From IMG/VR virus record IMGVR_UViG_2778261176_000013, positions 1 through 12,423 of that record: 12,423 nt of DNA; one strand, written 5' to 3'. Both the position numbers and the translations under genes were made by a program. Below are positions 1 to 6,342 of the stretch, piece after piece (position 1 is the first letter of the stretch; each line of letters starts with the position of its first letter). The notes under the pieces are model-generated. The model saw nothing but the letters and a program-made list of their open reading frames with translations, did not search any database and was not told the origin of the DNA. The stretch comes from a virus. Its lineage: Duplodnaviria > Heunggongvirae > Uroviricota > Caudoviricetes.

Positions 1-342
1 TTAGCCATTCTGATTTTCCTGCATCATGAGAAATACAATCATGGCGGCGCGGAGAGGTCTGGTATCAAATATTGGTCTTACGCCTTTTGCATCAACACAC
101 CATTCAGTTAACTGGTCTAAGATAGAAATCCTGTGTTTCTCAATAATCGGCCATGAGGCGCTAGGATCATTGCAGTAGTCAGGTAAAGGGTTTAATGGCT
201 CAAAAGTTGTATCAGTATTTCCGTAATACCATTTGTTGGTGTTATTCCCTGATGTTTCCGGTTTACATGCCCAAAGGCCTTTAAAAATTATGTCTCCTAC
301 CATTCTGTTAATTTCAAAATCACTTAACTGTGAATAGTCCAT
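1..342 (-). CDS. Hypothetical prophage protein (113 aa)
   Basis: ORF-track frame 1..345. ATG at 342..340 is preceded by AGGAGGTGA and overlaps the TGA stop of the upstream gene (TGATG). Stop TAA at 3..1. No family recognised. Confidence 0.6.
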   Translation of the reverse strand: MDYSQLSDFEINRMVGDIIFKGLWACKPETSGNNTNKWYYGNTDTTFEPLNPLPDYCNDPSASWPIIEKHRISILDQLTEWCVDAKGVRPIFDTRPLRAAMIVFLMMQENQNG

Positions 343-944
343 CACTTCACCTCCTGCGGCGGTTCTGGTAGAGGCATCCAGTGGGTTACGAGAACATATT
401 CGACATCACCCTCAGGACTGTCATAGAACAATCCAGAGTGGGATTCGTAGAATGCGATGTAACGCCACCCTGAATGAGTTTGAACAACAACTTCCTGCCC
501 GTCATCCGGCATTCGCTCACTACAGCTTATCCAACCATCCGGAGTTACCGGAGAGTTGCCCGATAGTTTGTTCAACTTGTAAGTCTGGCTTACAGGTTTG
601 GCACCATGAAGCATGGTGGCGCGGCAGGCGTTCCAGCCTTCATCAAAGCCGACTATGCCATTATTTAAAGACGGACGAGCATCTGGCACCACCGGCACTG
701 GCCTGGCTATATATAGCGGCTGAACATACCAGCCCTTTGATAACCAACTGTCAGCAATGTTTTTACTCCTCGTTATTGCCGGAATACCTAAGCCATTTTC
801 TGAATGCAGCCATGCCACCGGCTCCTCTTCTAGCGATGCCAGAGCAATTTCATAAGCCCGGCGCTCAATATTGTCTCGCACGTCCAGGCTGCCTATGCGT
901 TCTTTGATTTCTTTAATCATTTCTTTGTCGGTTAAAGTTGTCAT
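342..944 (-). CDS. DUF551-like prophage protein (200 aa)
   Basis: ATG at 944 with GAGGA 9 nt upstream. C-terminal motif [10 protein letters not shown] matches my recollection of the DUF551 signature; the family label is tentative. Confidence 0.7.
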   Translation of the reverse strand: MTTLTDKEMIKEIKERIGSLDVRDNIERRAYEIALASLEEEPVAWLHSENGLGIPAITRSKNIADSWLSKGWYVQPLYIARPVPVVPDARPSLNNGIVGFDEGWNACRATMLHGAKPVSQTYKLNKLSGNSPVTPDGWISCSERMPDDGQEVVVQTHSGWRYIAFYESHSGLFYDSPEGDVEYVLVTHWMPLPEPPQEVK

Positions 945-947
945 GTG

Positions 948-1235
948 TTAGTCCTCATCCACTTCAACGCCATCTTTCAGCGTGATGCCGTGCCAATCAT
1001 CAGCCCAACTGGTTAGCCCTGGCGCATCAATGCTAGGCATATAAACGCTTGCAGTGTGGTAGCCCTTATCGTTATCAATGCTGGCAACGTGCTCGCCGTT
1101 GTATGCGCTCAGCGTGTCCAGGACGCTATAAAACTTTCCTCCGGCTGCCCTGAAATCCTTTACAGCCTTCACAAGGCGATTCCACGCTTTTTCCTGTTCT
1201 GGCGTCAGGTCGATTAATTCCTGCAAAGTTGCCAT
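948..1235 (-). CDS. Hypothetical prophage protein (95 aa)
   Basis: Start trimmed to ATG at 1235, which has AAGGAGGG directly upstream and lies 1 nt after the TGA stop of the upstream gene (TGATATG). The ORF-track start at 1265 would overlap that gene. Confidence 0.6.
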   Translation of the reverse strand: MATLQELIDLTPEQEKAWNRLVKAVKDFRAAGGKFYSVLDTLSAYNGEHVASIDNDKGYHTASVYMPSIDAPGLTSWADDWHGITLKDGVEVDED

Positions 1236-1236
1236 A

Positions 1237-1965
1237 TCACCCTCCTTTGATGCCAATGCCAGCAAGCCAGTTTCTTATGCCGATATATTCAGCGTTCCTG
1301 AAACCGCCATTTACATATATAAATGGCAAGCGAAGATTGTGACCATTGGCTGCCAGGTAGTCTTTACAACCCTGTTCGGTGAAACAGCAGGTAACGAATT
1401 CATCAATATCTTTCACAGCAACGCGCCGCCATTTTTCTGGTGGTTCCCGAAAGTTTTCATGAAGTAGTTCGAGACGACGACTTTGGCGTTTATTGGCTTC
1501 ATTGCCATCTTCATCAACCCAGACAATCCTGTCATAGTCATAATCAGCATCAACAACGATTTCGCGCTTTTGATACACACAAAACATAGGGTCTGACGTT
1601 ATTCGATTATCCTGTGTTCGAATATTTTCACCGATGATGCCAAACGAATCTGGTGCAGATTTTGTCTTCAACTCTTCGATACGTTTGCTTTGAGCTTCCA
1701 GTTCATCAAGAAGCGCAAGCATGGTAGCCGGACTGGCTGCGGCGATGAATTCAGCATTTGCCTGCTGTTCCATTTGGAAATCTTCATCGAAACCGCTTTC
1801 AGGATGCGCTCCTTCAATTCTGCAAATGGGAATATATCCAGCAGCCTCGCGATGAATTAGCGCATCATCACCATCAAATCGGCCCTCTCCATATTCGAGC
1901 GACCATACACCACACGTTGCTTTCTCTGCCTTTTCACGCAGTGCCTGATAGTCAATCTTGCTCAC
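1237..1965 (-). CDS. ead/Ea22-like family protein (242 aa)
   Basis: Start trimmed to GTG at 1965, with AAGGAGGAAACC upstream and a GTGA overlap with the upstream stop. Protein begins SKIDYQALREKAEKA and contains LALLDELEAQSKRIEELK, which resembles Ea22-type prophage proteins as I recall them. Confidence 0.65.
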   Translation of the reverse strand: MSKIDYQALREKAEKATCGVWSLEYGEGRFDGDDALIHREAAGYIPICRIEGAHPESGFDEDFQMEQQANAEFIAAASPATMLALLDELEAQSKRIEELKTKSAPDSFGIIGENIRTQDNRITSDPMFCVYQKREIVVDADYDYDRIVWVDEDGNEANKRQSRRLELLHENFREPPEKWRRVAVKDIDEFVTCCFTEQGCKDYLAANGHNLRLPFIYVNGGFRNAEYIGIRNWLAGIGIKGG

Positions 1966-2621
1966 TGGTTTCCTCCTTTGCGAAGCTGTTCCGCACAATC
2001 CAGCAGGGCGTCCGTCGCTTCTTTCACCGTAACGATGTCGCCATCGTCCAGCCCGACAACCGTCGCGTTCTTAACGAACACCGAGCAAAGGTCATTAAAC
2101 GCCTGCGCCCGCACTTCAGCCAGGCATTTGCGAAACTCGGAAACGTACTGTTCGACGCTCATTCCCCAGCTAAGTGGACATTCATTGAATGTTTCGCCTT
2201 CGTGCTCTTCATCAGGTAGCTCTTTGGTAAAGAACTCACGTTCAATGGCGTGGAGTGTGTCAGCAAAACGACGTAAGTTACTCAAACCTGTCGTAATGGA
2301 GAATTCAGGAGCATCACATCCGACGCCCATCTGCTGATAAACGGCGGTTTTGAAGGCCTTCAGCCCCGCATTCTCCGCCGCCAACGCCGAAAACTTCTCG
2401 TGTGCCAACTTAACAGCCGCATCAGCCTGCTTAATTGACTCAATCGCTTTCTGCTGGTCTTCGGCCAGCGCATTAGCACGCACCAGTTGCACTTCCAGTT
2501 GCGTTGCCAAATCGCTGATCAGCTTTGCCACACTGCGCATATCAACGGCACCACATTCTGCTTTCAGTTCCGAAGCCATCTCATGCCCGGCGGCAACTAA
2601 CCCTTTGATATTACTTTCCAT
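1962..2621 (-). CDS. Hypothetical coiled-coil prophage protein (219 aa)
   Basis: ATG at 2621 with GAGGGT 5-6 nt upstream. N-terminal half is Ala/Glu/Lys/Gln-rich (coiled-coil-like). Stop overlaps the start of the Ea22-like gene (translational coupling). Confidence 0.65.
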   Translation of the reverse strand: MESNIKGLVAAGHEMASELKAECGAVDMRSVAKLISDLATQLEVQLVRANALAEDQQKAIESIKQADAAVKLAHEKFSALAAENAGLKAFKTAVYQQMGVGCDAPEFSITTGLSNLRRFADTLHAIEREFFTKELPDEEHEGETFNECPLSWGMSVEQYVSEFRKCLAEVRAQAFNDLCSVFVKNATVVGLDDGDIVTVKEATDALLDCAEQLRKGGNQ

Positions 2622-2682
2622 CTTTACCCTCGCTTATCCACATAACTTATTGATTACATTGATAACTAAAAAGATCGTCGAT

Positions 2683-3027
2683 TCAGAACTCTTCGATGTT
2701 CCAGCCACCACCTGTTTTCTTTGGTTTAACCGTTACCCCGATGATTCGGAACGGATACTGATCTGCGGCGACTTTGGTTTTCACCCTGGCGTCGTCGGTC
2801 CAGAAACCTTTCACTTCGTGCAGTTCCATCTCTCCGGTGGCGAGCATCACAGCGAAATCTGGCGTATAGAACGTGTTGTCAGCTAACCGCAGCTTGATAC
2901 CCTCGAATCGATACCAGGCGATTTCCCCTGCACGTTTACGCAGCTCAAGGTGCTGGCAATACGCAGATTCAGTTTTGTTCATCTGGCCTGTTTTGAGTCG
3001 ACCAAGAGCCTGTATCTGTTTTCTCAT
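2683..3027 (-). CDS. DUF1064-like protein with PD-(D/E)xK-type motif (114 aa)
   Basis: ATG at 3027 with GAGGT upstream. Contains YTPDF...ELHEVKG, a PD-x(n)-ExK arrangement typical of restriction-endonuclease-fold nucleases. DUF1064 assignment is from memory. Confidence 0.65.
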   Translation of the reverse strand: MRKQIQALGRLKTGQMNKTESAYCQHLELRKRAGEIAWYRFEGIKLRLADNTFYTPDFAVMLATGEMELHEVKGFWTDDARVKTKVAADQYPFRIIGVTVKPKKTGGGWNIEEF

Positions 3028-3115
3028 GATTTACCTCTGAGGTAATTAAAAACCACATAAGACATGAAATCAATAGAGTTTATAATATTTTGTTACCTAA
3101 CAGGTAATTATCGAG
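3028..3115 (-). promoter_or_regulatory. Second PL-like promoter-operator cassette between the P-like and DUF1064-like genes
   Basis: Minus-strand reading: operator B (3093-3107), 19-bp gap, -35 TTGATT (3073..3068), 17-bp spacer, -10 TTTAAT (3050..3045), operator A (3031-3045) overlapping the -10 and the SD of the gene starting at 3027. Shares CTATTGA and ATTACCTCA with the PL-like region. Confidence 0.5.
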
Positions 3116-3119
3116 GCGT

Positions 3120-3139
3120 AAAAAAATGCGCTATCGCGC
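3120..3139 (-). terminator. Weak tR2-like intrinsic terminator immediately after the P-like gene
   Basis: On the minus strand GCGC-GATA-GCGC, then A, then T7. The stem is only 4 bp. Confidence 0.4.
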
Positions 3140-3144
3140 TGGTA

Positions 3145-3921
3145 TTACTTGATAAATCCTGCCGCCTTTCCCCGCCTGTATTCCTCCATCAGCCACTGCG
3201 CCGGTGTTATTCCCCCAAGGGTGGCGGCGTTAGGCATGCACCCGAAACTTCGCCCTGGTGGATGGTAAACGTCTCTCCCTGTGTCCGGAGGTGTACTCAT
3301 GGGCTCTGGCTTTGCCTGTATGCTGATCACCGGATCGGGTATCTGCTGTCCGGAAGCCACCTTTTTCGCCCAATCATCGAGCAGCCTGCGCGCGTGTTTC
3401 TCAACCTCAATCTCGCTAAGCTGGCGCTGATACATTGCACGGCGGGTATCACATACGACCCAGTACATAACCGGATGTCGCCACGGGAATCTTTCGGGAC
3501 CACCAGGATATAAACTTTTTTCCTTGCTGTACCGGTGAAACTCCGCCATCACATCGTCAATGGTGACGCCAAGAACCATCTTGCTGTCTTTGCACCACTT
3601 GATGAATTGCCCAGGCGACGGCCAGAACGGAGATTCACTGGCGCGGGCGTGGCGCATACCAGCGTTAACCTGTTCCATTGTTGTGATCCCATTCTCCAGA
3701 AACGCAAGCATCCATTGCTTACGGAATTCATTAAGTTTGTTCTGCTCCCTTATGGTCGAAACGCTTGCAGGAAATGCAGCCTGTAACTGGACAAATAGTT
3801 CATTGAAAATTCTAGCAACCTGCTCCTTTTTGCCATTGCTGTCACGCCGCTCTTCATGCACAGCAACACCATGCTCACGTAAGCGATCGTACTCATTGAG
3901 AAGTTCTGGAGTTGATTTCAT
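3145..3921 (-). CDS. Replication protein P-like (DnaB helicase loader)
   Basis: [44 protein letters not shown] closely parallels the lambda P segment [23 protein letters not shown]...PFLPSPGQFVAWC as I recall it. Start overlaps the end of the O-like gene, as in lambda. Confidence 0.85.
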   Translation of the reverse strand: MKSTPELLNEYDRLREHGVAVHEERRDSNGKKEQVARIFNELFVQLQAAFPASVSTIREQNKLNEFRKQWMLAFLENGITTMEQVNAGMRHARASESPFWPSPGQFIKWCKDSKMVLGVTIDDVMAEFHRYSKEKSLYPGGPERFPWRHPVMYWVVCDTRRAMYQRQLSEIEVEKHARRLLDDWAKKVASGQQIPDPVISIQAKPEPMSTPPDTGRDVYHPPGRSFGCMPNAATLGGITPAQWLMEEYRRGKAAGFIK

Positions 3922-4723
3922 CCCACACCCCTTCTATCCAGTCAGTGTTATTCCAGTCAAGCTCATCGCTTTTCCCGGCGTTTTTTGATTTTCCCCTGAT
4001 ATGATTTACGTGCCTGGCGAATTTTTGTTCCCACTGAACCTGCGTGAACACTTTGCCCTCAGCCATCCAGTAATCCCGGAATGCAGCAAGTTCAGCAGGT
4101 GTAAATTCCGGTTCCGGCAGGGCCGTTCCCCACAGCGCAGCACGCCGTCGAAAATCCGGCGACGGATGCCAGCCATCGGTCATCGGAAATTTCCCAATAG
4201 GTTCACTCAGGCCATCCAGAAATGCAGGTTCTGCCACCTGCAACGGCGTACCGTTCGCTTCACTGGTCGGATCACTCTCGCGCGCGTGCGCTATGTGTGG
4301 GGTTTTATATATATCTTCCTCTTCCTCTTCCTCTGGTAACTCCTTTTGTAACGCTGTTGGCGTTACTTTTTGCGTTACTCGTTTTCGATGCTCTGCCACT
4401 CTTCTATTCGTAAGTGCACGTTTTTTCGATGATTCTCCATTATGTCGCTCAAAGTTTGGAAGAATTAGTTTGCCGTCATGATAAGCAAGCCATCCGACGC
4501 TAATGAGGGCGTCAGCAAATCCTGTAATAAAAGCGAGTCTATCAAGTACTCCTTTTGTAACGCTGCCAGCGTTACCGTCTATTGTTTGCTGGTCAGCCCA
4601 TGCCCATATACGAACCAGCTTTCCAAGAACAGCATCTGGATCAATACCCAGAATTTCTGCTATCTGAAAAATTTCAGGTTTATCAGGAGTGATAACTTCA
4701 ACCTTAATCCAGCTGCTTGCCAT
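3893..4723 (-). CDS. Replication initiator / replisome organiser (O-like)
   Basis: Sits immediately upstream of and overlapping the P-like gene. Start trimmed to ATG at 4723 (AGAGGGGAAA SD); the ORF-track GTG at 4741 is less likely. Has an acidic linker (EEEEEED) and contains palindromic iteron-like DNA repeats. Confidence 0.75.
   Translation of the reverse strand: MASSWIKVEVITPDKPEIFQIAEILGIDPDAVLGKLVRIWAWADQQTIDGNAGSVTKGVLDRLAFITGFADALISVGWLAYHDGKLILPNFERHNGESSKKRALTNRRVAEHRKRVTQKVTPTALQKELPEEEEEEDIYKTPHIAHARESDPTSEANGTPLQVAEPAFLDGLSEPIGKFPMTDGWHPSPDFRRRAALWGTALPEPEFTPAELAAFRDYWMAEGKVFTQVQWEQKFARHVNHIRGKSKNAGKSDELDWNNTDWIEGVWDEINSRTSQ
4341..4383. repeat. Iteron-like palindrome cluster inside the O-like gene (candidate origin element)
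   Basis: CTCCTTTTGTAACGCTG-TTG-GCGTTAC, then TTTTT-GCGTTAC. Palindrome GTAACGC/GCGTTAC at 4348-4366 plus a third half-site at 4372-4378. Adjacent to (CG)4 at 4281-4288, AT-rich TTTTATATATAT at 4303-4314 and a (CTTCCT)3 repeat. Confidence 0.5.
4560..4585. repeat. Second copy of the iteron-like element inside the O-like gene
   Basis: TCCTTTTGTAACGCTG-C-CAGCGTTAC; 19-bp perfect palindrome at 4567-4585. The shared 17-nt left arm is identical to the copy at 4341, but the two copies fall in different reading frames of the O-like ORF. Confidence 0.5.
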
Positions 4724-4916
4724 AGGTTTCCCCTCTTGCACTCTTTAGTGCACAAGCAAATTCATTACGATGGCGGTTGGCGCTATTCATTGCACATTCA
4801 ACACATGTTCCGTTCAGAACATACCTTTCAGAGAGATGGCCGTGACGGCACCGCTTTCCTGTGAAATAGCGATTTAACCCGGCTTTTGCGGCCTCCATTC
4901 TGGTTACTATCTTCAA
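4704..4916 (-). CDS. Small zinc-ribbon protein in the cII position (64-70 aa)
   Basis: Cys/His cluster CRHGH...CVEC. Lies between the cro-like and O-like genes. Start is ambiguous: TTG at 4916 (AAGGGG upstream) or ATG at 4898. Overlaps the O-like start by about 20 nt in another frame. Confidence 0.45.
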   Translation of the reverse strand: MKIVTRMEAAKAGLNRYFTGKRCRHGHLSERYVLNGTCVECAMNSANRHRNEFACALKSARGETYGKQLD

Positions 4917-4994
4917 TTTTTCCGCCCCTTTTTGTTATTGATATTGGCTATTTTGCACAATTGGAAAATTTGATCAACCAGATTTGGTTTTTTA

Positions 4995-5009
4995 TTACCT
5001 TTGAGGTAC
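4995..5009. promoter_or_regulatory. Isolated operator-family site downstream of the cro-like gene
   Basis: TTACC-TTTGA-GGTAC (9/10 half-site match). Preceded on the minus strand by CATATCTATT, the same 10-mer found upstream of the PL-like -35. Confidence 0.4.
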
Positions 5010-5019
5010 GAATAGATAT

Positions 5020-5043
5020 GAAAAGACCGCCGGGTGGCGGTCT
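5020..5043 (-). terminator. tR1-like hairpin between the cro-like gene and the cII-position ORF
   Basis: Perfect 8-bp stem AGACCGCC / GGCGGTCT with a 4-nt loop, followed on the minus strand by TTTT then CATATCTATT. Confidence 0.55.
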
Positions 5044-5064
5044 ACAGAGGGTTGTAGCTGGATA

Positions 5065-5295
5065 TCATGAGTAGAAGAAGTATGCCAGTTCTGCTTTTGA
5101 GCGCAGCCATTGTCTTGTTTTACAGGCTTTAAAAAGCCCATTCATCAATACTTTACCTGGCATTTTGCGCTTACCTGTTAAGTGAGTCTGGATATAGTGA
5201 CTCGTCGTTCCGGCTTCCTGTGCGAAGGCTTCACGCTCATCCGGAGTAAGTGCAAGCCAGTGCTTTTTGAAATCGAAATGTCCGTTATCGCTCAT
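5065..5295 (-). CDS. Cro-like HTH DNA-binding protein (76 aa)
   Basis: Small protein divergent from the repressor gene, with an HTH-like segment REAFAQEAGTTSHYIQTHLTGKR. It is the first gene of the operon containing O and P. Confidence 0.65.
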   Translation of the reverse strand: MSDNGHFDFKKHWLALTPDEREAFAQEAGTTSHYIQTHLTGKRKMPGKVLMNGLFKACKTRQWLRSKAELAYFFYS

Positions 5296-5449
5296 AGCTA
5301 TTGCCTGATATTTATTTCAGATAATAAATATTCACCCATAAGGTAACAAAAATCAAGGATAGTTACCCATGAGGTGCATTTACCTGTTGGGTAATATTGC
5401 TTTAAATTGAATCATCTACTGATTCATATATGAGGCGATTTTCCAGAAA
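5296..5449. promoter_or_regulatory. Divergent repressor/cro control region (OR-like) with three operator-type sites
   Basis: Three sites of the ATTACC-N5-GGTAAT family: 5332-5346 (TCACC-CATAA-GGTAA, 9/10), 5363-5377 (TTACC-CATGA-GGTGC, 8/10), 5380-5394 (TTACC-TGTTG-GGTAA, perfect). Candidate minus-strand promoter: -35 TTGTTA 5349..5344, -10 TATTAT 5326..5321. Confidence 0.6.
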
Positions 5450-6034
5450 ATGAAAAGTATCCAGGACGTCCGCAGGCAAAATCTCAACGACTTGATCGAC
5501 CGTGAATTCAATGGTGTTCAGACGCGGATGGCAGAAAAACTTGGAACTCAGGCAAATCTGGTAAACCGCTGGGCTCTTGGCAAGAAGGTTATCGGCGACC
5601 AGGTTGCGCGAAAAATTGAAGCTGCCGCCAATAAACCACGTAACTGGCTTGATATCGATCGCTCGCTTTCTCAGGAAGGTTTTCAGCCTGTCGGCCCAAG
5701 CGACATTGGTCAGCTGGCGGCTCACAACCTGGAACGCTGGATGAGCGAAAGCCGCGACCTTTCAACTCAGGGAAAACTTCACCGCGCATCCGGCGTCGCC
5801 CAGGTGACAATCAGCCGCCTGTTAAACAATGAGGTCAGTGTTTCCATTTCCACCCTGGAGAATGTTGCATCAGCATTCGGGCGTCACGGCTATGAATTAC
5901 TGATTCACCCGCACGACCCTGCGACCATCAACTATGACCGCTCGCGCTACGCATTGTTACCCGAAACCGAGAAAGCAAAGATCGAAAGTTACATTGAATT
6001 TGTCATCAACCAGAACGAAAAAAACAAACAATAA
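5450..6034 (+). CDS. CI-like immunity repressor with two HTH domains and no S24 peptidase domain (194 aa)
   Basis: Two XRE-type HTH segments (GVQTRMAEKLGTQANLVNRW and ASGVAQVTISRLLNNEVSVSISTLENVASAF). No Ser/Lys autopeptidase region recognisable. Divergent from cro across an operator-rich intergenic region and followed by a strong intrinsic terminator. Confidence 0.7.
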   Translation: MKSIQDVRRQNLNDLIDREFNGVQTRMAEKLGTQANLVNRWALGKKVIGDQVARKIEAAANKPRNWLDIDRSLSQEGFQPVGPSDIGQLAAHNLERWMSESRDLSTQGKLHRASGVAQVTISRLLNNEVSVSISTLENVASAFGRHGYELLIHPHDPATINYDRSRYALLPETEKAKIESYIEFVINQNEKNKQ

Positions 6035-6055
6035 AATCATATTTTTCAGTAAGTA

Positions 6056-6078
6056 AGCCGCCTTCTGGCGGCTTTTTT
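6056..6078 (+). terminator. Intrinsic terminator downstream of the CI-like repressor gene
   Basis: AGCCGCC-TTCT-GGCGGCT stem-loop followed by a T6 tract. Confidence 0.75.
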
Positions 6079-6084
6079 ATTGCC

Positions 6085-6187
6085 TATACTATTACCTAAT
6101 GGGTAATTTTTTTAACTCATATCTATTGACACCAAACCAAATACGCATAATTATTACCTCAACGGTAACAGACCGAGGTAACAAGTT
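6085..6187 (+). promoter_or_regulatory. PL-like early promoter flanked by two perfect operators
   Basis: -35 TTGACA at 6126-6131, with a -10-like CATAATTA at 6146-6153. Operator G (6092-6106) lies 19 bp upstream of -35; operator H (6154-6168) abuts the -10 and covers the likely start site. Confidence 0.6.
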
Positions 6188-6340
6188 ATGCAGTGGAAAA
6201 TCATCAACGGTTGGTACTGCGTTACTGCATGCGGATTCATGAGCTGGAAGTTCCGCACCTTACAGGAAGGCATTAAGTGGGCTTTCGTCAGCAAAGAAGC
6301 TCGCGATGTGGCCAACGATAACGAGATATGGGAGGGCTGA
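6188..6340 (+). CDS. Hypothetical Trp-rich small protein (50 aa), first gene of the PL-like operon; not in the supplied ORF track
   Basis: ATG at 6188 with GAGG 9 nt upstream, 20 nt after operator H. Hand translation: MQWKIINGWYCVTACGFMSWKFRTLQEGIKWAFVSKEARDVANDNEIWEG. Stop TGA at 6338-6340, 2 nt before the next ATG. Confidence 0.45.
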   Translation: MQWKIINGWYCVTACGFMSWKFRTLQEGIKWAFVSKEARDVANDNEIWEG

Positions 6341-6342
6341 TA

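Noticed and set aside
1372-1387. CTGT-N8-ACAG match (CTGTTCGGTGAAACAG), a possible LexA box
   Set aside because: It lies inside the coding sequence of the Ea22-like gene, the spacer is GC-rich rather than AT-rich, and there is no promoter context. Most likely a chance match.
452-3513. Plus-strand ORF-track entries 452..907, 1758..2219, 1978..2337, 2350..2886 and 3064..3513
   Set aside because: They are antisense to a contiguous, translationally coupled minus-strand operon with good ribosome-binding sites. They have low-complexity Ser/Ala/Leu/Pro-rich compositions and no start-site signals.
3535-4864. Plus-strand ORFs antisense to the O-like and P-like genes (3535..3786, 3560..3988, 4001..4339, 4222..4413, 4293..4481, 4478..4864) and minus-strand 3549..3731
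   Set aside because: They overlap well-supported replication genes. The similarity between two of them (SFCNAVGVT and SFCNAASVT) is explained by the DNA-level iteron-like repeat, not by a real protein repeat.
5024-5043. Hairpin considered as a boxB/nut antitermination site
   Set aside because: The 8-bp GC-rich stem with a 4-nt loop followed by a U tract fits an intrinsic terminator better than a boxB element (short stem, purine-rich loop). No N-like protein or boxA-like sequence was found.
4886-5074. Plus-strand ORF 4886..5074 and a nested 18-codon ORF starting at 5018
   Set aside because: They lie in the cro to cII-position intergenic region and span the terminator hairpin. The sequence is better explained as a terminator plus operator than as coding.
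5402-5810. Minus-strand ORFs 5402..5725 and 5589..5810
   Set aside because: They are antisense to the CI-like repressor gene, run into the operator region and have no ribosome-binding site.
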